The notes beneath the pieces are model-generated. The model searched no databases and had not been told where the DNA came from. It worked only from the letters and a program-made list of their open reading frames with translations. From Blasia pusilla (taxonomy: Eukaryota), in assembly GCA_050084515.1 (NCBI GenBank), contig CM114271.1:30008001-30072000 (forward strand): a DNA stretch of 64,000 nt. Reading direction: 5' to 3'. Each line of letters opens with the position of its first letter. Position 1 is the first letter of the stretch. This document shows, piece by piece, positions 52,231 through 61,675 of the stretch. Made by a program: the position numbers and the translations under genes.

Positions 52231-53500
52231 CTATAACAAAAGAGCCCACCTCGCAAGCTTCCCTGTAAGCTTGTGAGACTCCATCAACCACTTAAGTGGC
52301 TGATGATCAGTATTGATGGTAAAAGGATTGCCAAATAGATAACATCTAAAATGTGTGACAGCCCACATTGCAACCAAGCACTCACCCTCATAAGAGTTAT
52401 ATTTTGCCCCTGCAGCGTTGTTCGAGCAACTAGCATAAGCCACCACAAACTCTCTACCATCATCGTCATATTGGGTGAGCACGGCTCCAAGCCCCAACAT
52501 ACTCCAATCAGTATGGAATTGGAAAGGACGCCCCTTGATCGGTCTCCTCAATATGGGCACGGACGTCAATCTATCCTTGAGCATATGAAATGATATCTCC
52601 TGTTCATCCTCCCAGTGCCACTCCTGATCCACCTTGCTCAGCAAAGTCAGCGGCTTTGCAATGAAGCTGAAATCCTTGACGTACCGTCGATAGAAGTTTG
52701 CCAATCCCATGAATGCACAAACTCGACTCACATCTGTAGGGCGTGGAATGTGTGAAATAGCCTCTACCTTCATCTGCTGCACACCAAGGCCACCTAGGTA
52801 TATTGTATGACCCAAATACTCAATCTGGTCATAGAAGAACTTGCACTTGTCTGGATGTAGCTTCAGTCTATGTAACTGCAATCGTCAAAACACCTCAGCT
52901 AGGTGTCGTTCATGCTCCTCAACTATGGCGCTAAAGACTGCGATGTCATCAATATAACACCTAGCAAAATCCAGACCTACCAAGATCCTATTTATGACCC
53001 TTTCAAACTCGGCCGGGGCGTTCTTCAACCCAAATGGTAAGAACCGCCAGTGGTATAAGGAATCCTTCATGTGAGGATTGATGCCCAAAAATGCCGTCTT
53101 CTGCATGTCCTCCAATCTGATAGCTAGCTGATGGTATCCGGCTCAAAGATCTAACGAACTGAAGACCTTTGCATGCCCAATTGCATCAAAGATCTCCTCA
53201 AGAGTAGGCATGACATACCTATCGGACTTCGTCTATCGATTGATAGGTCGATAATCTCCACACATCCACCTATCTGTCTCGTCGCCATGCACATCCTTCT
53301 TGGCAGGCATGATAGTGGCAGATGCATACTCTTCATGCGACATCTCCACTAGTCCTGCTCCAACCAAGTCTTGGCTCCTACTCTGAATCAAAGCCCTCTC
53401 CATGTCACTTTATCTGTAGGGTCGTCAGAAGATTGACGTGTCCCTTGACAACTCAATGCGGATCCTTGGATCCTTCAGTGTACCCAAATCATGCATACTA
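52231..53500 (-). pseudogene. Reverse transcriptase and RNase H, disrupted
   Basis: MCGDYRPIN; FSSLDL*AGYHQ; FLPFGLKNAPAEF; YIDDIAVFS; FHTDWSMLGLGAVL; YNSYEGECL; TDHQPLKWL; KLARWALLL. Confidence 0.95.
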
Positions 53501-53934
53501 AATGCAAAACAACACCTATAACTCCTAAGGAACTGGTGTATCCGGCGCCGCTCTCCTCTTGTCAACTTAGGGCTCATATCTTGCTGCCAAAAGTCCATCG
53601 TGACAACGGTAGGACTCTCCGGCGCGGGTGTCGGTGGTTGCTATAGTGCAATCCCATCTCGGACAAAAAAATTCGACTGCTCCCCTACAGTCAACTGCAA
53701 AATCGGATCTCCATATGCAGTACCCGGAACCACGCTCGATGTTGTGGCTACCATCTCCTAGCGTACCGGCAAAACATCCCAAGGAGTTCAAGGGCGTCTC
53801 TCCCAATCACCCTTGGTGTGTCAATCTCCTCGAGTCTCGCCCCCAGCCATTGCCTCAACCATCTCGGTAGGCATGGGGCTCACCAACGCAACTGCTGTGA
53901 TCTATTGCATCCCAAAAGGACAATGCTCAGCTAT

Positions 53935-54890
53935 TCCTAAGCTGAAAATCCATGTTAAGTAGTTCAGGTCCATCGCCTGACCCAAGACATCACATTGTGA
54001 TGCCTCTGAAAATGAAGGTTCTACCGTCACTCATGTGGGGAATCCCATCGCTCACTCTCGCTCATCGACGTTGGGCTCTACCAACCTCTGTACGTGGTCA
54101 TCCCAAACCAAGCCAGGTCCGGCCTCCTTGAATGTATAGGAAGCGGGAAAACTCACCAATGTGGGAAAGGTTGCCCATGGTATGCCAATCCTGTTGAGCA
54201 TAGTCAACGGCGGTCGATCATCTAGCCTCATTGCGTATGATCGATGGCCCGGATCCAATATAGAATCCACCAACAAATCGGAGGGGTGCTCCACTCTCGC
54301 ATATGCCCTCCGCAACACCTCGTGTGGTACCAAGTTGGTCCACCAAAGACACAGGCGATGTGCTCATGAACCCACACTTGACGCATCCAACAAAACTGCC
54401 GGGTCGATTCATGCGCGCACCTGATGTGCACTTGTCACCACACGGGACCTCGAATCGCCCAAAATTGGTACATTTTCCAGAATGTATCCTTCATGACGAG
54501 ATTGATGCTCCTGCAAGTGTCGCAAGATCCGCATCATCTCCCAAAACAACGTGGACCGAGAGTCAGCTAATACGCTACCCCGTTCAGCACTCGACTGGCC
54601 CTGATATGGCCAACCAGCAATGACCAAGTTTATGGTCCCTACCCGCTCTGAGTCCTGCGCCCCCAACAATGAAATGTCCCTCAGTAGGGAACTCTGGTAA
54701 CCCTGAATGGCGGACCCAGACAACAAGTCAGGAAAACAGAGGCACAACTTCGCTATATGGTGAAGTGAAGTGCGCCTCGCAACATCATCAATCTCCACAT
54801 ACAGGTACTGTTGCACACGCACTCCACTTTGCAAAACAGCAACTAATCCAGCACTGATCCCTCCAAAGAGATCCAACACCCGAATACCCT
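53935..54890 (-). pseudogene. C5 cytosine DNA methyltransferase domain (DNMT3-like motif order) within retroelement pol, disrupted
   Basis: Motif I RVLDLFGGI (~54857-54882). Motif II YVEID. Motif IV LVIAGWPYQG, where the catalytic PC is PY (codon 54604-54606). Motif VI YILENV (~54469-54486). Motif VIII S*AHRLCLWWTNL. Motifs IX/X ERE*AMGFP...VLGQAMDL. Same frame as the RT ORFs. Confidence 0.85.
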
Positions 54891-55299
54891 TCTCTAGGAT
54901 CCACCACAAAATCGGGGTGGTATCCAAATGGGTCATAGCAAATCTCTTGGCTACCTTGGGTCCCTCTGACCCGTCACACTCTGGTGCAAACGTCTCGCTC
55001 CACGCGGTCTACACATGCTCAGTGGCTAAGCGTCGAAGCTCCTCAATCAAGCCCCAAAGAGGCACCTCTCCTCCACTGATTGATGTGGCTACCATGACAC
55101 TCCTCTCCATAGAAATGTGAGGAACGAGAGTATCCTCTGCATGGACATATCCCTCAATCAAATCACTAGGCCAAGTGATGGCAATGCTAAATGCTCCTAA
55201 GGTCGCCATCTCTCCTGGCCGTCGCTCGATCACTGTACTTGTGAATCAAATGGGTAATGAGCTAAGGCGTCCATCACCTGACTGCCATCATGGTCTCGA

Positions 55300-55610
55300 G
55301 GACCCTGACTCCTCCCAATAATCCAAGGAAAACCCCATCGGATATAACACTGCTCCACCAACCAAGACGTCATAGGACACTGCATCAGTCACTATCGCCT
55401 TGGCTCGCACCACGGACTCATCTGTAGGATGTCTTGGGAAAATCCTCACCATGACCTCATGTCGGGTGATATACTATATGGTACTCGCTCTACCCAAGGA
55501 TGTCTGTATCCGGAATGGAAAACGCTCCACATCGGCTCTCGTCAAGCCCAATCCTCTGAATGACGCTTTCCCCAACATAGGGGTTGCGCTCCTGAATCCA
55601 ACAAGACGCA
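55300..55610 (-). pseudogene. Retroviral-type aspartic protease, frameshifted
   Basis: Active site VLLDSGAQPL (~55580-55608). Downstream DAVSYDVLVGGAVLYPMGF. Confidence 0.75.
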
Positions 55611-56239
55611 TTGCGGACTAAAAGGTGTTCCTCATGGACTCACCAACTGGAAGACCTCTCCCCAATTATCCAGCAATACAACACTAAGAGAAGCCATGGC
55701 ACGCTCTATCATGGGTCTAGCGGGCATCTCCGCCATCCTAGCAACCGCAGCCTGCCATGAATCTGACGTGGACGGCCTGAGCATCCGCTCCAAGGGCACT
55801 TCCATCATCTCCTCTACAATCACCTCCGAATGTTATGCATGAACTACAATTCCACGCTCACATAGCATAGCAACCAGCCGGAAAACCTCGACGGACGTAC
55901 CCCCCAACGTCATAACATCAGAAGAAGTAAATAGCGGAGCACAGTACACCATCGTGGTCACCCCCAACATCATACTTGACACATGCTCCTCATGAGCATC
56001 AACAATAGGAGTCACAATACTCGCTTCTCCCATCGCCCTCCATGCTTGCATACCAATAACATCACCAACTCTATGGGAACTCTGATCACGATCCATCGAT
56101 GGGGTCCTCATTGCCTCAGACAATGTGAAAGATTGAGGAAGCCTGGTCTGTTTCTTGGCTTCCCCTCCTTGTGGATCCAACTCTACGACTGCTCCATGCA
56201 TCACAATTGCAGCGACCTCCATCTGGGCAACCACGCACA

Positions 56240-57697
56240 TTCAACCAGGATCCTCCATATCTCTAGCAGCTCCATATGATATCAATGCCACGGATTCGTC
56301 ATCGGGTAACCTCAATGCCATAGCGGCAATGTGCTCATGTAGCTGCTGTATCTGAGCAGCCATCCCAGCCTCACGCTTGACATCTCCCTCAACGCATCTA
56401 GGTGGTGGGACTCTATCTCCTCCACGGGCAGCTCCACCACCCTGTCGGGAAACTCTAGCTCCTCGTCCCCCAACGAGACCACATAGTGCATGATCTCTGG
56501 GCCCACTCGGACCGACTACTCGCTCTGGTGCCCTCTTTGTCCCTCGGTCCGCACGTAACTCAGGGTGTAAAGTGAAACACCTGGCACGTGTTTGACCATA
56601 CCTCTGAAAATAGTCACACTCAAAATCTTCCGGTGCAACACCCTCTACTCCTCCATGCTGAGGCACACGTCCATGACCTAGACGAGTGCAATCACGCTCA
56701 TGATGGGCTCCACCACATGACCAACAAGTAATTGTAGGCAGCTGCTACTGAGCCGCATATGCATGCGCAGGTCTCTGTGGCATGGCTTCGCGGTATCCTC
56801 CCTTAGCTCGTGGTGCCACAGTCGACCTATCTCGGAGTCCACTTTGCTGCATTGGTGGTGCAAACAATCGTGACTTCTCTCGCCCAGAACCCATGGTGGC
56901 TACGCTCTCCTCCGCCATGTTGCGCTCAATGTTCTTGGCGGTCCTAAAAACATCTCTCAATGTAGGCGAGGTGTTCATAAGAAGCACCCCTCCTGCACCC
57001 TTGTCCGCAGGGTCCGATCCAGCATGGCGTACCATGACTCGATAGCCTGAGCCTCTGTCACCCCCTGAGTGACGTTGATCAACTGACGCAAGCGAGTGTA
57101 AGCCTCACCCAAACTCTCACCCGGGTGCCTCTGGAAGTTGTGGATGCTCTGCAACTTCTCCGTCCGTACCGCGTGGTAGCTCGTCCTCAACTCAGCGAAG
57201 AACTCAACCACGGGGTTGAACCTGGGATGAACTTGACTAGACGGTGAAACTGCTCCAGTGCAAGTGACCCCTCCTAAAATATCACTAGTGGAAGAGGAAG
57301 TAGCCTCTTCTGACTCCTCCTCCTCATATGGGAACGGCTCCGTCAATGACACATAGTGTGGGTCATAGTAGAGTCGCCATGCCTCAATCTCCTGGGCATA
57401 TCTGTGGGAGAACTCATGGTAATCGTCAATAGGCGCCCCCTCTAAATGCTAGAACAAACCGTTCCATGCTGTAAATGGGTTGAACGCTATAGAGTTCCTA
57501 GCCTACTGTGAGTCACACCAACTCCTAAACTCCACAATGAACTCGTGTAGCTCTAAAGTGCCTACAACACCCGAAAACCTACGCGGTCCTCTACCTTGGT
57601 CGTCCATCTCGTGCGCCAAACTGGCAGGACTACTTAATATGTATGGTGGATCACCAACACACTCCTCTACACCCTTCCCCTTGTCTGAAGACGACAA
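56240..57697 (-). pseudogene. Retrotransposon gag with degenerate zinc knuckle
   Basis: MSSSDKGKG...PRRFSG; FQRHPGESLGEAYTRLRQL; CDYFQRYGQTRARC (decayed CX2CX4HX4C). Confidence 0.8.
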
Positions 57698-59443
57698 AGA
57701 AGGAGATCGAGGTGATCTCTCACGTGGAGACCCTCGAAACCTCGCACCATTCTAGGTTAACCCTCCAGAGCTTCTCTCAGGTCTACTACCTCGCCTCTCA
57801 AAATCCCAAAGGATGCCGTGATGGCCCTGGTACCCCTCTTACACGATCACTCTCAATCTAGCAAGTAATCCCTCAATCACTAAAACTAAACATGCGACAC
57901 TCAATCTACACTCTCTCACTGAGACGTGTGTTGTGCAGCAACAAGCGGTGCGGTCTGATAAATCAACAGATCTATCATCTCATCGACGAACCATCCTCAA
58001 CTCTAGACATCCCACACAAGTCTATGTCCCCTAAACCCATATATCATTGCTGCTCTCACCATCAGCACAAAACCCAATATCCCAAATAACTTCCCAATAC
58101 CCAGATATCCCTCAGATGTGTAGGGTAAGAGACCAGAATGGGTAACCTGAAAACAATGTCGATGTCGCTCCTCGACAACTGCAAATCTCGACCCCAACTC
58201 GGTCGTGAAGACAAATCCTCCAATCAGCAAGTCGTACTCCTCCCGTACTGATGCTGATGAAACCTCCTCGATGTGCGATGCACGTCCAGTGGTCCAATGC
58301 GGCACTGGCAGCACGGAACGGCTACAAACGGCATGGCACTCGGGAATGGGATGCGGCACTCGGTGGCATATCCTCCTCAATCAGCAATTCACACACTCTG
58401 CTCCTTAGTGAAGGAGCGACTCCGCGATGAAGATGGTGTGGTGTGGCCACGAGTGGCCAGCGCGACAATTAGCGGCGCGTTGCGGTTACGGGCAACACGG
58501 CACGGTACTCGATCGTCGTCGAGTGGCTACCAATCACAACATAATAGCACGAAATGAAAATTCAAACTCCATAGCCCGAGGTCACCTGCCATCACTGGTT
58601 GTTGACGAAACTGCGATGACAATAGCGACCAAAACAAAGTACATGGTGGCGACGCAAGTCAGAAAATCAATGGTCATCATGGAAGACCCTCCACTCTGTA
58701 ATGGCGGCAATGGCAACCAAGGGTGGACAATGGCCAAAAGCAGCTCAGAGTAGTGCTAGGCGGCGGCAGCGGCGGCGGCGGACGACAATAGACGGTGGAT
58801 GGTGAACCAATGATGTTGACGGTTGACTGTTGATGGCGTACTATTGACGATGACTATGGCGGCAGTGGCTGCCGCCGGCGCCGTGGCTGGTTTAGGGTTT
58901 GAACAATTTAACCCAAAAAATCGCCTAACAATGGAAAATTTTTCAAGATTGACCATAAGTTTTTGTTTGCAACTCCAAATTGTGGATTTTTTTTTTGCAC
59001 AGCATGCACAACTTCACGATCTACGACAACATCAAAAAATAATTTGAATTGGATCTTCCAATAAAAACGTACGTGGACTGTTGTAATGCACAACGTCTCT
59101 TTCTCCTACACAAAATGTGGCAGCGCTTCCGGGCTGATTTCTCCCAACGAAACTGTAAAACTTGTGAGAACACAAATCAAGAAGCTACATGGTACTCCCA
59201 AGAGCACCGACATGGAGCAATCTTCCCCCATACTCAATTCCTGTCGAGAATTGGGCAGCGCTTCCGTGTGCCTTTCTCCCGTACAAAATATCAGCAAAGC
59301 AAAACAGCAAACTCGCACGACTCTTGCTCCGATGAGCACTCCCATGAGCCATGAAGTACGGAACATGGTCCCCCAACCTGCACCAAACATCGAACAACCA
59401 GCTAGCTCCCCCATCAAGCTCTCTCACTCACTCATTCTCTTTT

Positions 59444-60011
59444 TGTAATATAAGATCTAATTTCTTGCACAACACCATAGTTCTCACATGTGTGCACTCA
59501 CACATGTCTCTCTCAATGTCAAACCAAACCCACTCTTCTAATGAGAGGCTTGGGTTACACTCACAAGCCAAGGGACCATAGCTCCGCCGCCTCGTTCCAA
59601 GAGGTTCAACAAAGAGAGAATGAGCTCTCAAGCTCTCTCTCTCCTTAAGTATACCCCTCCCCTCTCCCAAGCTCTCTTCATGATAACCTATGCTCCCAAG
59701 TCACCTCCTTGGCTCTTGACCTGATGTAGGAGGTCAAGGGCCACTTACCAAAAATATAAAGTTGACTATATACTCAAAATAGTACTTACCTGAAATAGTA
59801 CTTTTCTCAATATGGCTCCAAATGAGCGGAAATGAAGGGGAAACCTACTCTCTCAGGTTTTCCGCGGCCTCACCAGGTCATCTTTGACCTCATGAGCGTG
59901 TCCTCCACTAATCATGCCTCAGAAGGTCATCTTCGACCTCCTAAGCCTGTCCTCCACTAATTGCAAAGGCGCTCTACTAGATCTCAACGATCTATCCTAA
60001 AAGACGTGACA
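59444..60011. repeat. Terminal repeat segment B, 5'-side copy
   Basis: TGTAATATAAGATC...CCTAAAAGACGTGACA. Contains a ~49-bp tandem duplication (~59870-59965) that is absent from the other B copy. Confidence 0.9.
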
Positions 60012-60408
60012 TGACAATTAAACCTCTAACATGAAATTCTCGAAATCCTTGGAGCATAAAGAGTGGCATTGAAAGTAAGTAGGTTTTTCTTGTCTTGCCC
60101 TAGTTTTTATACTCTTCTTTCTTTACCCAAAAACTTTTGGTCTAGATTCTTACAACACTTGCAATGATTCTTGGCGCTTGCTAGCTCATTTGCTTCGTCA
60201 AGCTAATCGACATTCTATCACATATCTACATACTTTAGATGACTATATGAGAATAGTTTGAAGCCACCCTTCTCAACTACAACTTTTCTTTCTAAAGCAT
60301 TTTCTAACATATGATGGAAGAAACCGATGGAAGATGGAGAAACTCAACCAGAGCTCTAATGTAAGCAAGTGTCTCGTCCCTTTTTTTTATAGAATTTTCC
60401 TCCCAATT

Positions 60409-60518
60409 GGGAAAATCCTCTAGTTAGAATTTGATAATTATTTGTGAATTTGAGATATAGATGTTGTTATAAAATGGGAGCATCTAAAGTGAACAAATTC
60501 TAACTAGAGGATTTTCCC
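60409..60518. mobile_element. 110-bp MITE with perfect 25-bp TIRs and AATT flanks
   Basis: AATT|GGGAAAATCCTCTAGTTAGAATTTG ... CAAATTCTAACTAGAGGATTTTCCC|AATT. Confidence 0.7.
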
Positions 60519-61568
60519 AATTGCATATGGACATTAGTTTGGTTCGGAAGCCGATAGCTAGACACACACCAAACGCTAATTTATATGTAGCAAATTCTTC
60601 ATAATCCATAACATAGACTAAAGACACACACCATATGTTAAGAAATAGTCATCACCGCTACTTGTATGCATTCAAAGGGCGTCCAGAAAGAGACACGAGA
60701 AGCTATTCATCTAATTTGGTTGGATGAACTAGCTGTGTAAAAAAAATATTGCTTTCAATGTAATTCTACGCAACGTAATCATTCATGATACAAAGCGAAA
60801 CAAAACAACAAGGATCGATGTGTTGAAAATCTATCGAGACATGTGGACAGAACAGATGGAACAAAACTTGAGCAATGGATATTAGCTCAAACATCCATCG
60901 GCGCTGATAGGTCTAAGAGGGTGTGAGGAAAGAAGGCCCTTCTTGTGCCAACAAATTTTGGGTATAATAAAGGCCACGATCTCGTGAAAAAACAAGGACT
61001 CTAAGCAAATGTTCCCTGAATCTAATTGTTTCAAATTATTCTCAATCATAGGATCAACTTTTAAATCCAACCTAATGTCAATGTCCCTTGGCAATGATTG
61101 CTGCTAGCCCATGGAATCGACCCCTTGGGGAAATTCAAACTTACCTATGTCTAAGGTAGCTTATATCATGATAGAGGCCACACACATGATTTTTTTCATT
61201 ATTGATACATGTTTATTTAAAAAAATTATGAGAGCTTTTTATGTTAAATGGAATAGGAAGATATCCTCTTTTTGGGTGTCACAAACGATCTCCATAACCC
61301 CAATGGGGTATCTCCTTCGGTACCTAGTTTAGATGTACAATGAACTTTTGTAAATAGTCCTACAATAACTTTTGTAGGATGCTTTCAAATGCCCTACTAG
61401 ATGAGTTCCATGAATTACCCCTATATGGTTTTATGAAAACTCTCACAATCTTGCCCTTTTGGTCGTTTGCTTTGCTGTCATTCCACATTTATCCCCATTT
61501 CAAATATCGAACTTTTGAAATTGAGTCCAATAAGACATGACCTACCAGAAAAAGTCATGAATCTGGAT

Positions 61569-61675
61569 TTCATAGAGTTGGAGTATGGAATGAAAATCTC
61601 CCATAATGGTAATCAATACTTTGAGTATTAATTACCTTTATGGGAGATCTTTATTCCACACTCCAACTCTATGAA
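61569..61675. repeat. Long inverted repeat/hairpin (52-bp arms, 3-nt loop)
   Basis: 61569-61620 pairs with 61624-61675 with 5 mismatches. Confidence 0.9.

Larger units (their letters stand above)
49584..60011 (-). mobile_element. Degenerate Ty3/gypsy-type retroelement: gag-PR-C5 DNA methyltransferase-RT-RNaseH-IN-PHD, with split direct repeats
   Basis: All domains are recognisable in translation (see sub-features). Terminal repeats B (59444-60011 and ~49710-50226) and A (50229-50345 and 49584-49709). Outer termini are TG...CA. Confidence 0.9.

Noticed and set aside
53935-54936. Host DRM/DNMT3 gene or processed pseudogene
   Set aside because: Intronless, in frame with RT, embedded between PR and RT, and motifs are not permuted as in DRM. 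Best read as a pol domain.
49584-60011. DIRS/PAT/Ngaro tyrosine-recombinase element, suggested by the split repeats and MTase
   Set aside because: It has an aspartic protease and an H2C2+DDE integrase in gypsy order. No YR motif was recognised, and the MTase is C5-type, not Dam-like.
59444-60011. Independent solo LTR
   Set aside because: Flanks (CTTTT / TGACA) are not a TSD, and it pairs with the B copy at the other end of the coding region.
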